Below, one piece after another: positions 1 through 9,987 of a DNA stretch of 64,000 nt. Within the stretch, counting starts at the first letter, position 1. Each line of letters begins with the position of its first letter. The position numbers were made by a program, and so were the translations under genes. This DNA is from Clostridia bacterium (GTDB taxonomy: Bacteria; Bacillota; Clostridia; Christensenellales; CAG-138), in assembly GCA_017619735.1 (NCBI GenBank), contig JAFZRT010000029.1:14087-78086 (forward strand), given 5' to 3'. The notes beneath the pieces were generated by a model, which worked only from the letters and a program-made list of their open reading frames with translations, was not told the DNA's origin and searched no databases.

Positions 1-578
1 CTGGGAGCGACTATCTCGTCGATGAGACCGAAGGAGAGTGCTTCCTCGGCGGAAAGGAAATTGTCGCGCTCGGTGGCTTCCTCGATAACGGAAAGCGGCT
101 GACCCGTCCTTTCGGAAAGGATCTCGTTGAGCTTTCTGCGCATCTTGACGATATGATCCGCGTGGATCTTGACGTCGGAGGCCTGACCGTATGCGCCGCC
201 GGAGGGCTGATGGATCATGATCTCGCTGTTGGGGAGGGCCTTGCGCTTGCCCTTCGCGCCGGCTGCAAGGAGGAACGCGCCCATGCTTGCGGCAAGGCCG
301 ACGCAGATGGTGCAGACCTCGCACTTAAGGTAGCGGATCGTGTCGTAGATCGCGAGACCCGCGGAAACGGATCCGCCGGGGCTGTTGATGTAAAGGAAGA
401 TATCCTTATCGGGATCGTCGGCTTCCAGGAACAGGAGCTGAGCGATGATGAGGTTCGCCTCCTCATCGGTGATCTCGTTCCCGAGGAAGAGTATGCGGTC
501 CTTCAGAAGGCGCGAGTAGATATCATAAGAGCGTTCGCCCTTATTGGTCTGCTCAACAACGATAGGCACAAGACTCAT
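1..578 (-). CDS. clpP: ATP-dependent Clp protease proteolytic subunit ClpP (3' end runs off the window)
   Basis: Absent from the ORF track because it has no stop in the window. Reverse-strand ATG at 578..576 is preceded by GAGGAG. My translation starts [33 protein letters not shown] and contains [11 protein letters not shown] (catalytic Ser) and IMIHQPSGG (His). It lies 4 nt downstream of the tig stop, the usual tig-clpP order. Confidence 0.9.
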   Translation of the reverse strand, partial: MSLVPIVVEQTNKGERSYDIYSRLLKDRILFLGNEITDEEANLIIAQLLFLEADDPDKDIFLYINSPGGSVSAGLAIYDTIRYLKCEVCTICVGLAASMGAFLLAAGAKGKRKALPNSEIMIHQPSGGAYGQASDVKIHADHIVKMRRKLNEILSERTGQPLSVIEEATERDNFLSAEEALSFGLIDEIVAP

Positions 579-582
579 TTGA

Positions 583-1902
583 TCATTTCTCCTCATTCTC
601 GGCAGGCGCTTCGACCTTGGTTATGACTGCGTTCTCCTTGATAAGACGGACAACAGCTTCATAGAGAGCGGACTGCGCGTACTTCATGCGGTTCTCGGGA
701 AGGAGCTCGTTCGCGATCTTCTCGGCGTCCCAGCCCTTCGCACGCTCGGCGTGAGCTTTGACGGCTGCCTCGAAATCGACGTCTGCGGGCTCGATCTTCT
801 CGGCGTCGATGACGGCCTGGATGACGGTGCGGGCCTTGATCTGATCGCCGGCCATCTTGTGATAGCGCTCGTGGAGCTCTTCGGCGTTGGTGCCCATGTA
901 CTCGGCGTAGTTGTCGAGGTTCATGCCGTAGGCCTGAAGCTGATGCTCGAGGTCATGGAGTTCGGCGTGCGCTTCGGCAGAAACGAGATCGGGATGGATC
1001 TCGACCTTGGCGTTGTCGATGACCTTCTGCAGAGCGGCGGACTCGAAAGCGATCTCGCGGTCCTTTTCGAGCTGTACGCCGAGCTCGCGGCGGATGTCGG
1101 CCTTAAGCTCGTCAAGGGTCTCGAACTCGCTGGTCTCGGAAGCGAACTCGTCGTCGAGCTCGGGAAGCTCCTCATAGGAGAGCTCGTGCAGCTTTACCTT
1201 GAATACGGCGGGCTTGCCGGCAAGGTGCTCGGCCTGATACTTTTCGGGGAAGGTGACGTTGACGTCCCTTTCCTCGCCGATATTCATGCCGACCATCTGC
1301 TCCTCGAAGCCGGGGATGAACTGATGGGAACCGATCACCATGGAGTACTTCTCGGCAGTGCCGCCTTCGAACTGTTCGCCGTCGCAGAATCCCGCGAAAT
1401 CGAACACGGCGGTATCGCCGAGCTGAAGGGGACGGTCTTCGACGGAGACCATACGGGCCTGATCGTGACGCCTCTTATCGAGCTCCGCCGCGACCATTTC
1501 ATCCGTAACATTATACTCCTGCATGGGGACCTCTATACCCTTGTACTCGCCGAGCTCACAGGTCGGCTCGAGCACGAGGACGGCGTCGACTACGCAGCCG
1601 TCGGTCTCGGAATAGCTTACGATGCTGTACTCGGGGGCAAGGGCGGGGAGTATCTTCTGCTCCGCGACTGCGTCCGCGCAGGCCTTTTCGACGGCCATAT
1701 CCAGCTCTTTATCCCAGAAAGCGGCGTCGCCGTACTGCTTCTCGATCATCTTGCGGGGGGCCTTGCCGTTGCGGAAGCCGGGCATGGCGTACCTTGCGCC
1801 GATGCGGCGGTATGCCGCGTTGAGGGCCTTGACGTATTCCTCAGCGGAAAGCTTGAAGGTCAGTTTGACTTTGCCGTTTTCGATAGTTGTTAATTCAGAC
1901 AT
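583..1902 (-). CDS. tig: Trigger factor (ribosome-associated chaperone / PPIase)
   Basis: 439-aa ORF. The N-terminus [23 protein letters not shown]...[17 protein letters not shown] carries the ribosome-binding GFRxGxxP signature. GGAGGA RBS upstream; clpP follows downstream. Confidence 0.95.
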   Translation of the reverse strand: MSELTTIENGKVKLTFKLSAEEYVKALNAAYRRIGARYAMPGFRNGKAPRKMIEKQYGDAAFWDKELDMAVEKACADAVAEQKILPALAPEYSIVSYSETDGCVVDAVLVLEPTCELGEYKGIEVPMQEYNVTDEMVAAELDKRRHDQARMVSVEDRPLQLGDTAVFDFAGFCDGEQFEGGTAEKYSMVIGSHQFIPGFEEQMVGMNIGEERDVNVTFPEKYQAEHLAGKPAVFKVKLHELSYEELPELDDEFASETSEFETLDELKADIRRELGVQLEKDREIAFESAALQKVIDNAKVEIHPDLVSAEAHAELHDLEHQLQAYGMNLDNYAEYMGTNAEELHERYHKMAGDQIKARTVIQAVIDAEKIEPADVDFEAAVKAHAERAKGWDAEKIANELLPENRMKYAQSALYEAVVRLIKENAVITKVEAPAENEEK

Positions 1903-2158
1903 ATATTCCTCCGTGATAGGGGCTTTTGCCCTTTTGTTAACTCATTTGCGGGGCTTCGTTATTCACCCCGTATTAAACTATAATACCACATTTCGGCGCT
2001 TTTGTAAATCGGCAAATCCCGCCTAAAAACAATATATGTATGCATTTTATAGGATAAAAATGAGAGAATATCAAAAAACTGTTCACAAACGGCGTGAAAC
2101 ATGATAGAATTATAAAAAGAAAAAGGGGAGGGAAAAGCGCTTTTCGGCGCGGTCCGAT

Positions 2159-3469
2159 ATGATAATCACCGAACTTATTGAAAAGAAAAGGGACGGCGGC
2201 GAAATGACCGCCGAAGAGCTCGAGTTCCTTATCGGCGGTCTCGTCAATAAGGAGGTCGAGGACTGTCAGATGTCCGCGTTCATGATGGCCGTATGCTGCA
2301 ACGGAATGACGGACAGGGAGATATCCGATCTCACTATGACCATGATGCGTTCGGGCGATACGGTGGATCTTTCCGACCTTCCCGGTGTCAAGGTCGACAA
2401 GCACTCCACGGGCGGCGTCGGCGATACCACGACGCTGGTCACGGCTCCTCTCGTCGCTGCATGCGGCGGCACCGTCGCCAAGATGAGCGGACGCGGGCTC
2501 GCGCATTCCGGCGGCACGCTCGATAAGCTCGAATCCGTCCCCGGCATCAACGTGGAGCAGCCCCTTGAAAGGTTCGAGCAGATCGTGCGTGAAACGGGCA
2601 TCGCCGTAATAGGCCAGTCCGCGAACCTCGTGCCGGCTGATAAAAAGATGTACGCCCTGCGCGACGTCACGGGCACGGTCAAGAGCATACCGCTCATCGC
2701 TTCCAGCATCATGAGCAAGAAACTGGCCGCCGGCGCGGACGCCATAGTTCTCGACGTGAAGACGGGCAACGGCGCGTTCATGAACACGCTCGACGATTCC
2801 AGAAAGCTCGCGCGGCAGATGGTCAGGATCGGCGACGACCTCGGCAGGAAGACGGTCGCGATAATAACCGATATGAACCGGCCCCTCGGCATGGCGATAG
2901 GCAACGGCCTCGAAATGAAGGAAGCGATCGACGTGCTTCAGGGAAGGATACCCCTCACGGATCCGCTCGTAAGCGTATGCCTGACATTGGGCGCGCAGAT
3001 GCTCCTGCTGTCGAAGCTTGCCGAGACGCGCGAGGAGGCGGAGGAGAAGCTCAGGGATGCGCTCGTCTCCGGCCGCGGCTTTATGAAGCTCAAGTCGATG
3101 CTAAAAGCCATGGGCGGCGACACCCGCTACGTCGACGAGCCAGAACTGCTCGTCAGGACCTCGCGCATAATCCCCGTCTATCCCGTGAAGAGCGGCTATA
3201 TCGGCAGCATCGACGCGAAACAACTCGGCCTTGCGGCGTGCCTGCTCGGCGCGGGCCGCCTCAGGAAGGAGGACAGCGTCGATCCCGCGGTCGGGATACT
3301 CATGAACAAGCGCTACGGCGACCGCATAAGCGAGAACGAGCCATACGCTTATCTGTACGTAAACAACGAGGACCGTCTCGACGAGGCGCTTGCGCTCATC
3401 GAAGCGGCAGTTTCGATCTCCGACGAAGCGCCTGCGGAAATGCCCCTCGTTTACGATATCATCGAATAA
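2159..3469 (+). CDS. pdp: Pyrimidine-nucleoside (thymidine) phosphorylase
   Basis: 436-aa ORF with the family-2 glycosyltransferase signature KHSTGGVGDTTTL and typical length and architecture. Confidence 0.9.
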   Translation: MIITELIEKKRDGGEMTAEELEFLIGGLVNKEVEDCQMSAFMMAVCCNGMTDREISDLTMTMMRSGDTVDLSDLPGVKVDKHSTGGVGDTTTLVTAPLVAACGGTVAKMSGRGLAHSGGTLDKLESVPGINVEQPLERFEQIVRETGIAVIGQSANLVPADKKMYALRDVTGTVKSIPLIASSIMSKKLAAGADAIVLDVKTGNGAFMNTLDDSRKLARQMVRIGDDLGRKTVAIITDMNRPLGMAIGNGLEMKEAIDVLQGRIPLTDPLVSVCLTLGAQMLLLSKLAETREEAEEKLRDALVSGRGFMKLKSMLKAMGGDTRYVDEPELLVRTSRIIPVYPVKSGYIGSIDAKQLGLAACLLGAGRLRKEDSVDPAVGILMNKRYGDRISENEPYAYLYVNNEDRLDEALALIEAAVSISDEAPAEMPLVYDIIE

Positions 3470-3481
3470 AAGGACCGAGAC

Positions 3482-4504
3482 TTGAAAACATCTGATTTTT
3501 ACTACGATCTTCCGCAGGAGCTCATCGCTCAGTCGCCCTCCGAAAAGCGCGACATGTCGAGGCTCCTCGTCTATAACAGAAAGACCGGCGTCATAGAGGA
3601 CAGGGTATTCCGCGACGTCATCGAATATCTCCGCCCGGGCGACGTTCTAGTCCGCAACGTGACGAAGGTCATCCCCGCGAGACTCTATGCCAAGCGCGAG
3701 GGAACGGGAGGCGCCATGGAGTTCCTCCTGCTTAAGCGCGTCAGCGAGACCGATTGGGAATGCCTCGTAAAGCCCGGCCGCAAGGCGAGGAAGGGCAGGA
3801 CTTTCGTCGTAAACGACGAGCTTTCGGTGACAGTGCTCGATCAGCTCGAGGACGGCAACAGGATAGTCCGCCTGAACTACGAAGGCATCTTCGAAGAGGT
3901 GCTCGACCGCGCGGGAGAAATGCCGCTGCCTCCCTATATCACCAAAAAGCTGGAGGACAAGACCCGCTACCAGACCGTCTATGCGCGCGACGACGGGTCC
4001 GCCGCGGCCCCCACGGCAGGCCTACATTTCACGGACGAGCTGCTCGATAGGATAAGGGAAAAGGGCGTGCTCATAGCCGACGTGCTGCTCCACGTGGGGC
4101 TCGGTACTTTCCGCCCCGTATCCGCTGAGAACGTGGAGGAGCACCATATGCACTCCGAGTATTACAGCGTTTCGGAAGAGGCCGCGGCGCTCATAAACGG
4201 CGCAAGGGCTAACGGCGGAAGGATAATATCCGTCGGCACCACCGGCTGCCGCACGCTCGAAAGCTCCGCCGACGACAGCGGCATAGTTCACGCGGGCAGC
4301 GGATGGACCGATATTTTCATTACTCCCGGCTATAAGTTCAAAGCCGTCGACGCGCTGATCACCAACTTCCATTTGCCGGAGTCGACGCTGCTGATGCTCA
4401 TCAGCGCGTTCAGCTCCCGCGAGGAGGTAATGCGCATCTACAAGCATGCCGTCGAGGAGAGGTACAGATTCTTCTCATTCGGGGATGCGACGCTCTTTCT
4501 GTAA
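3482..4504 (+). CDS. queA: S-adenosylmethionine:tRNA ribosyltransferase-isomerase
   Basis: 340-aa ORF (TTG start). N-terminus [19 protein letters not shown] is the canonical QueA start. Followed by tgt. Confidence 0.95.
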   Translation: MKTSDFYYDLPQELIAQSPSEKRDMSRLLVYNRKTGVIEDRVFRDVIEYLRPGDVLVRNVTKVIPARLYAKREGTGGAMEFLLLKRVSETDWECLVKPGRKARKGRTFVVNDELSVTVLDQLEDGNRIVRLNYEGIFEEVLDRAGEMPLPPYITKKLEDKTRYQTVYARDDGSAAAPTAGLHFTDELLDRIREKGVLIADVLLHVGLGTFRPVSAENVEEHHMHSEYYSVSEEAAALINGARANGGRIISVGTTGCRTLESSADDSGIVHAGSGWTDIFITPGYKFKAVDALITNFHLPESTLLMLISAFSSREEVMRIYKHAVEERYRFFSFGDATLFL

Positions 4505-4522
4505 TAACGCAAAGGAAACGCT

Positions 4523-5659
4523 ATGAACGAGAACACCGATGCAAAAGCTCCCGTGACTTACGAGCTCATAAAGACCTGCGCGCAGACCGGCGCGAGGCTC
4601 GGCGTACTGCATACGCCCCACGGGGATATCGAGACGCCGACCTACATGTGCGTTGGCACGCAGGCGACGGTGAAGGCGATACTCCCCAAAGACCTTGAGG
4701 AGATCGGCGCGGGGATAGTCCTGTCGAATACCTATCACCTGTATCTGAGGCCGGGTCATGAGCTCGTCAAAAAGGCGGGCGGCCTTCATGAGTTCATGCA
4801 GTGGCACGGCCCCATGCTCACCGACAGCGGCGGCTTCCAGGTATTCAGCCTCGCCGCAATGAACAAGATAAAGGAGGACGGCGTCGAGTTCTGTTCGCAC
4901 ATCGACGGCAGCCGTCATTTCTTCACGCCCGAGAAGGTCATTGAGATAGAGGAAGCGCTTGGAGCCGATATCGCAATGGCTTTCGACGAATGCGCGCCCG
5001 CGGGCTGCTCCTACGATTATACGGTAAAGGCCATGGAGCGCACTCACCGCTGGGCGGAGCGCTGCAAATCGGCGCATACCCGCCCGGATCAGGCGCTGTT
5101 CGGCATTATCCAGGGCGGCATGTTCGGCGACCTGCGCATCGAAAGCACGAAGGCGCTTACCGATATGGACTTCCCGGGATACGGCATCGGAGGCCTTTCC
5201 GTCGGCGAGCCCAAGCCCGTCATGTATGAGATGCTCGATACGATCAGGCCTTATCTGCCCGTCGGCAAGCCCCATTATCTGATGGGCGTCGGCAGCCCCG
5301 ACTGCCTCGTCGAGGGCTCCATGAGGGGCGTCGACATGTTCGACTGCGTGATGCAGACGAGGACCGCGAGGAATGCGCTCGCAATGACTTTCGACGGCAA
5401 GAAGAGCTTGAAGCAGCTGCAGTACGCGGAGGATTTCACGCCCATTGAGGAGGGCTGCGACTGCTACGCCTGCAGGCATTTCACCAAGGCGTACATCAGG
5501 CACCTTATAAAGGCCGACGAGATGCTCGCGGCTCAGCTTATCACGATACACAATCTGCGTTTCTCATACCGGCTTATGGAGGGCATAAGGAACGCCATCC
5601 GCGAGGATCGGCTCCTGGATTACAGGAACGAGCTCATGGCGCGCGGCACTTTCGATTGA
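4523..5659 (+). CDS. tgt: Queuine tRNA-ribosyltransferase
   Basis: 378-aa ORF with [12 protein letters not shown] and the zinc-site [17 protein letters not shown] motif. queA-tgt pairing. Confidence 0.95.
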   Translation: MNENTDAKAPVTYELIKTCAQTGARLGVLHTPHGDIETPTYMCVGTQATVKAILPKDLEEIGAGIVLSNTYHLYLRPGHELVKKAGGLHEFMQWHGPMLTDSGGFQVFSLAAMNKIKEDGVEFCSHIDGSRHFFTPEKVIEIEEALGADIAMAFDECAPAGCSYDYTVKAMERTHRWAERCKSAHTRPDQALFGIIQGGMFGDLRIESTKALTDMDFPGYGIGGLSVGEPKPVMYEMLDTIRPYLPVGKPHYLMGVGSPDCLVEGSMRGVDMFDCVMQTRTARNALAMTFDGKKSLKQLQYAEDFTPIEEGCDCYACRHFTKAYIRHLIKADEMLAAQLITIHNLRFSYRLMEGIRNAIREDRLLDYRNELMARGTFD

Positions 5660-5663
5660 CGAT

Positions 5664-6119
5664 ATGGAGAGGACAGTTACAGTACAGACAGAATACGAAA
5701 TGATGCTTCTCGGACGCGCTGTCGGGTCGAGACTCTTTCCCCACGCCTTCATCGCCTTCTTCGGCGGGCTCGGCGCCGGCAAGACCACCATGACCAAGGG
5801 TATCGCCGCGGCGCTCGGCATAGACGGTATCCTCAGCCCCACCTTCACGATAGTTAGGCGTCACGAGGGAACTCTCGCGCTCGACCACTTCGACGCATAC
5901 AGGATAGAGGACGCGGATGAGCTCACCGCCATTGGATACGATGACTATCTGGCGGGCGACGGAGTTATCGTCATGGAATGGTGCGAAAACGTGCCGGACG
6001 CGCTCCCGGAAAAGCGGCTCGAGATACATATAAAGGGCAGCGGCTCCGACCCGAGAGAGATCACTTTCCGCTCTTTCGGCGAGGAATACGACGCACTGCT
6101 CGAGGAGGTGCTATGCTGA
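5664..6119 (+). CDS. tsaE: tRNA t6A37 threonylcarbamoyl-transfer ATPase TsaE
   Basis: 151-aa ORF with P-loop GGLGAGKTT and the SPTFTIV motif typical of YjeE/TsaE. Followed by tsaB. Confidence 0.85.
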   Translation: MERTVTVQTEYEMMLLGRAVGSRLFPHAFIAFFGGLGAGKTTMTKGIAAALGIDGILSPTFTIVRRHEGTLALDHFDAYRIEDADELTAIGYDDYLAGDGVIVMEWCENVPDALPEKRLEIHIKGSGSDPREITFRSFGEEYDALLEEVLC

Positions 6120-6709
6120 TACTCGGTATTTCGACGTCATCGAAGTATCCCTCCGCTGCCGTTGCGAAGGACGGAGCGATCCTGAGCTCCCGCAGGGATC
6201 AAAGCGGAGCGTCCCATTCCGCCGTGCTCATGGACCTCATCGAAACGGCCGTCATAGACGCCGGAGTTTCCAAAGACGGCCTTGACGCGATAGCCGTCGA
6301 TATCGGCCCCGGCTCTTTTACGGGCGTGCGTATCGGCGTGTCCTGCGCAAACGCCATGGCGTCCGCGCTCGGTATCCCCGTGATCCCCGTATCGTCGCTC
6401 GCAGCGCTTCGCCGACTGACCGACGGTCAGGGCTGCGTCTGCGCGCTCATCGACTGCAGGAACGGCAACTGCTACGCCGCGGTCTATGAGGACGGGGAAG
6501 AGGCCGTTCCTCCCTGTGCGGCGGTCACGGAGGAGATCGTATCGAAGCTCCCGAAGGATGCGAAGACGGTCGGCGACTGCCTGGGAAACAGCGACCGTCC
6601 CGATGCGGAGCTCGTGCTTGCAGAAGCCTTCGCGAAAATGATCACCGCGGACGAGGCGGTGCCCATGTATCTGCGGCCCTCGCAGGCGGAGCGGATGAAG
6701 AAGAATTGA
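6113..6709 (+). CDS. tsaB: tRNA t6A37 threonylcarbamoyladenosine protein TsaB (YeaZ-like)
   Basis: Track ORF 5978..6709, but the upstream 45 codons overlap tsaE and are Arg-rich nonsense. ATG at 6113 gives [10 protein letters not shown]...[11 protein letters not shown] (ASKHA/YeaZ signature) and overlaps the tsaE stop (ATGCTGA). Confidence 0.8.
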   Translation: MLILGISTSSKYPSAAVAKDGAILSSRRDQSGASHSAVLMDLIETAVIDAGVSKDGLDAIAVDIGPGSFTGVRIGVSCANAMASALGIPVIPVSSLAALRRLTDGQGCVCALIDCRNGNCYAAVYEDGEEAVPPCAAVTEEIVSKLPKDAKTVGDCLGNSDRPDAELVLAEAFAKMITADEAVPMYLRPSQAERMKKN

Positions 6710-6735
6710 CACCTCAAAACGAAATCACAGAAATA

Positions 6736-6772
6736 GATCCGGGGATGATTCAGATATCCCCGGATCCTTTTT
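6736..6772 (+). terminator. Rho-independent terminator after tsaB
   Basis: Perfect 11-bp stem GATCCGGGGAT/ATCCCCGGATC, followed by CTTTTTG. Confidence 0.65.
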
Positions 6773-6821
6773 GTTCTGTTGACGACTTCCCAAAGAAAGC
6801 GCCTGATCATGCGCGCCGTAT

Positions 6822-7097
6822 TCAGGCGCCCTTTCTCAATTCCATTTCCTTGTATTTGAGATACGTCGCGTAGCCGCCCCTGATATGGCGTTCCTCCTTG
6901 TTGATCTCGAGTATCGCGGCGACCGCGTCGGCGAGCGCCCTGTCGATCTGACGCAGCCGGAAAGTGACGTCCTTGTGCACCGTTGATTTCGATACCCCGA
7001 ACTCCTTTGCCGCCGCTCTTACCGTGGATCCCGTTTCGATGATGTACGACGCGATATCGAGCACGCGCCTTTCGATGTATACTTCCATTTTCAGCAT
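6822..7097 (-). CDS. spoIIID: Stage III sporulation transcription factor SpoIIID
   Basis: 91-aa ORF. ...TVRAAAKEFGVSKSTVHKDVT...IRGGYATYLKYK closely matches the SpoIIID HTH and C-terminal basic region. The true start may be the ATG at 7088 (MEVYIERR...). Confidence 0.85.
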   Translation of the reverse strand: MLKMEVYIERRVLDIASYIIETGSTVRAAAKEFGVSKSTVHKDVTFRLRQIDRALADAVAAILEINKEERHIRGGYATYLKYKEMELRKGA

Positions 7098-7122
7098 ATT
7101 CCTTTCGCCGTCTATCGTCTAA

Positions 7123-7151
7123 AGGATATGCCGCAAACAGTCCGTTTATAC
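7123..7151 (-). promoter_or_regulatory. Tentative sigma-E-type sporulation promoter of spoIIID
   Basis: Minus strand reads GTATAAA-N14-CATATCCT. This resembles the sigma-E pattern (ATA-containing -35, about 14-nt spacer, CATAxxxT -10). Eye match only. Confidence 0.3.
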
Positions 7152-7179
7152 AAAAAAGCTCCGCGCAGCTGGCGGAGCT
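7152..7179 (-). terminator. Rho-independent terminator after the acyltransferase-like gene
   Basis: Stem AGCTCCGC/GCGGAGCT, with a T-run on the minus strand (A-run 7152..7157 on plus). Confidence 0.6.
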
Positions 7180-7192
7180 TTGACAGAAAGCA

Positions 7193-8026
7193 TCATGTAT
7201 CGTGGTTGACGGCTTTGGGAGGAAGCTCCAGCGCCCTCGGATCGCGGAGGTACTCGGAGAGCCGCCTGAAGGCGAGCGCGTAGTAGCTGCCCGAGCAGAT
7301 CCTTTCGTCCATCACCACGCCGAAGGGCATGCACTTTTCAAACTCGATCTGTCCGTTCACCCTCTTCGGCACCTCGCGCGTGTTGCCCATCGTGACGATC
7401 ATGCTCGTCGTGCCGAAGTCGTAAACGTGATGGAATATGTGATTCGTGCGAATGCTCGCGAGGTTCGAAATGACGAAGCTCGTGTGGAAGGGGCTGGCCT
7501 TGATTATGGAGCGGGGGAGGAACCCGAACTTGTCGAGCAGCTTGAACATGCAGACGCCGAAGCGGCAGAGGCCGGGTATCTTCAGAAGTACTGAAATGAG
7601 CTTGTCCGTCGCGTTGGTGTCGCCGGTCTCTCGGTTCTCGTCAACGTACTTGTCGACGATCTCCTGCACTTTGAATATGTCGTCTTCAAGATCGAAATAC
7701 ATCTTGTTCATGGTGCCGTCGAGCTGACCCGGCTTCAGTACGACCATGCCGACCGCATATTCGTTCCTCGCATATATGGTCTTGTTGACAACGAAGCGGT
7801 TGAGGAAGGGGTATTCGGCGGTGACCCGGAGGAAAGCCGCAATTATCACGGCAAGGTGGCTTATGTTGTGGCCGCGGCTCCTTACGTCGCGAAGATAGCT
7901 CTGTATCGGCTCAAGGGGTATGTTGAGCTCTATCGAATTGCACGCGTCGGAACGCTTCGCCATTATGTGCGCCGCAACAGCGTACATGGGGGGTATGTTC
8001 TTTATCTTTTTTCCGTCGGCTCTCAT
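7193..8026 (-). CDS. Stand-alone 2-oxoacid dehydrogenase E2-type acyltransferase catalytic-domain paralog (CAT-like fold), function unknown
   Basis: 277-aa ORF. The C-terminal VVMDERICSGSYYALAFRRLSEYLRDP aligns by eye with the E2 catalytic motif DHRxxDG...F...L..P. No lipoyl or subunit-binding domains. Confidence 0.55.
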   Translation of the reverse strand: MRADGKKIKNIPPMYAVAAHIMAKRSDACNSIELNIPLEPIQSYLRDVRSRGHNISHLAVIIAAFLRVTAEYPFLNRFVVNKTIYARNEYAVGMVVLKPGQLDGTMNKMYFDLEDDIFKVQEIVDKYVDENRETGDTNATDKLISVLLKIPGLCRFGVCMFKLLDKFGFLPRSIIKASPFHTSFVISNLASIRTNHIFHHVYDFGTTSMIVTMGNTREVPKRVNGQIEFEKCMPFGVVMDERICSGSYYALAFRRLSEYLRDPRALELPPKAVNHDT

Positions 8027-8260
8027 GTTATGGATCCTTTCGTGGATTGTCGGGTTAACACCGCAAACCGATTATATCACAGCACTGTGCATAAGTAAAT
8101 ACTTTTTATCCGAAAAACGGGTGCGCGCGACTTATAAATATAAGAAATTATATTGTGCTGCGCATGTTGCCTTTGGACGGTATTGGGGGTATAATGATAT
8201 TTGTATCAAAATGCACGGAGGTCCGTTTCCTTGGAGCACAGCGCCGAGTTCAAAAGAATA

Positions 8261-9922
8261 ATGAAAGCCAGAAAGAAGAAGGAGATCAAGCGCAGGCGCA
8301 ATATGGAACGCGCTATACTGGCCTGCGGCGCGGTCGTTCTTGCGCTCGGGCTCGCGCTCGTTGTTCTCGATCTTCTTATCAAGGGCGATCATAAGTGCGC
8401 CGTCAGGGAATACAAGGAAAACAACTGGGTAAATATCGAGACCATCCCGGGCGGGAAATCCTACCGCGGCATGAGCGACGGCGAGGAGTTCGGCTATATC
8501 GACAACGGCACCTGCTTCGGCGGCATATACGTCGACGGGGTCGAACTGAAGGGCATGACCTATGACGAAGCGAGGAACGCCCTCGTCAAGGTCGTCGAGG
8601 ATAAGCTCAACGACATCAACATCGTCGTCACCGTGGGCGACGCCTGCCTCGCGCTGAGCGCAAACGACTTCAACGTCTGCGTCAACGTCAACGAGATACT
8701 GGACAGCGCGTTCAAACTCGGACGTGAGAACATAAACGACTTCGCCGCCAATTACAGGAAGCAGAAGCATCTTGAGGAGAACCCCGTCGAGTACCATATC
8801 GAGTACGTCATGGACAGGGAAAGGATAGCACAGCGCGTTGCGAACATCGCGGAGTTCGTCAACACGAAGCCCAAGGAGCCCTACGTCACGGTCAGCCAGC
8901 GTCCCTCCGCCAACTCCAATTCCTCGTCCTCCGACGATTCTCCCATCATTAGGGATAACGATACGATAGTCCAGACCGTCTACGCCAACAACGGCAAGGC
9001 GATCGGCTACATCTATTACAACCCCGGCAGGAACGGCTTCGTCCTCAATGAGGAGGATCTTATCGACAGGATCACCAACGCATTCGAAAACGGTGACATG
9101 GACTGCGTCATCTCCGCCGAGCTGGAGGATACCCCTCCCGAGAAGACGCCGGCCGACATCAAGGATTCCGTCGTTCAGATCACAAGCTATTTCTCCGATT
9201 TCGACCATGACGAGAAGGACATGAACCGCTGCCGCAATATCCAGAAGGCGGCGGGCATACTCAACGCCTGCGTCGTAAAGCCGGGCAAGGAGATCAGCTT
9301 CAATAAATACGTCGGCCCCAGGACCGAGGCGGGCGGCTGGCTCCGCGCGAAGGGCATAGTCAACGGCAAGGAGTACGAGGACAGCCCCGGCGGCGGCATC
9401 TGCCAGGTATCGGGCACCCTTTACAACGCGCTCCTGCAGTGCGGGCCCAACAAGATCAAGATCACGCAGAGGCAGCACCACAGCTGGCCGAGCTCCTACG
9501 TACCGTTCGGGCTCGACGCCACCGTCGATACGAACGGCCCCGACCTCAAGTGGAGGAACGTGTCCGATACCGCGCTCTACATTTTCACCTATGCGGACGT
9601 AAAGCACGGCAAGATGCACGTTTACATCTACGGCATCCCCGAGGAGGACGGCTCCTATTACGAGACATATGCCGAGGTGATCGAAGAGGTCCTTCCCGAA
9701 GAGCCCCTCATCATCGAGCAGCCGATGTGGCCCAGCGGCTATCAGCGCACGACCATCACGGAGAGGATAGGGTATAAGACCAAGGCGTACCTCAAGCATT
9801 TCTCCAAGGATGGCGAGCTCCTCAACACCATCTATCTCTACTCTGATTACTACTACCCCGTGCGCGGGGAGATCACGGTCGGCACAGGCCCCTCGTATCT
9901 GCCCAAGCCCGGCAGATCCTGA
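8261..9922 (+). CDS. Membrane-anchored VanW-family protein
   Basis: Track ORF 8201..9922 starts with a TTG that sits on a TGnTATAAT-like -10 (8188..8196), so ATG 8261 (MKARKKKEIK...) or 8303 is more likely. N-terminal TM segment. The C-terminal ...GGGICQVSGTLYNALL...QRQHHSWPSSYVPFGLDATV is typical of the VanW domain. Confidence 0.75.
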   Translation: MKARKKKEIKRRRNMERAILACGAVVLALGLALVVLDLLIKGDHKCAVREYKENNWVNIETIPGGKSYRGMSDGEEFGYIDNGTCFGGIYVDGVELKGMTYDEARNALVKVVEDKLNDINIVVTVGDACLALSANDFNVCVNVNEILDSAFKLGRENINDFAANYRKQKHLEENPVEYHIEYVMDRERIAQRVANIAEFVNTKPKEPYVTVSQRPSANSNSSSSDDSPIIRDNDTIVQTVYANNGKAIGYIYYNPGRNGFVLNEEDLIDRITNAFENGDMDCVISAELEDTPPEKTPADIKDSVVQITSYFSDFDHDEKDMNRCRNIQKAAGILNACVVKPGKEISFNKYVGPRTEAGGWLRAKGIVNGKEYEDSPGGGICQVSGTLYNALLQCGPNKIKITQRQHHSWPSSYVPFGLDATVDTNGPDLKWRNVSDTALYIFTYADVKHGKMHVYIYGIPEEDGSYYETYAEVIEEVLPEEPLIIEQPMWPSGYQRTTITERIGYKTKAYLKHFSKDGELLNTIYLYSDYYYPVRGEITVGTGPSYLPKPGRS

Positions 9923-9987
9923 TTCGTTCAAAGCGGGCTCCGGCCCGTCACGATATGCAAAAATAATGAAAGGGACTAAGTTCTAAA

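Noticed and set aside
5978-6112. Long N-terminal extension of tsaB given in the ORF track
   Set aside because: The extension overlaps tsaE out of frame and is Arg-rich nonsense. ATG 6113 gives the canonical YeaZ start and a stop/start overlap with tsaE.
8131-8144. Small palindrome CTTATA-AA-TATAAG upstream of the VanW-like gene
   Set aside because: It is only 6-bp AT-only arms in an AT-rich spacer. That is expected by chance, so it is not reported as a site.
8132-9931. 599-aa minus-strand ORF covering the whole VanW-like gene
   Set aside because: It is antisense to a gene with clear VanW motifs. Its translation is Gly/Ala/Val/Asp/Leu-rich, low-complexity and has no motif. This is a typical stop-poor antisense frame of GC-rich DNA.
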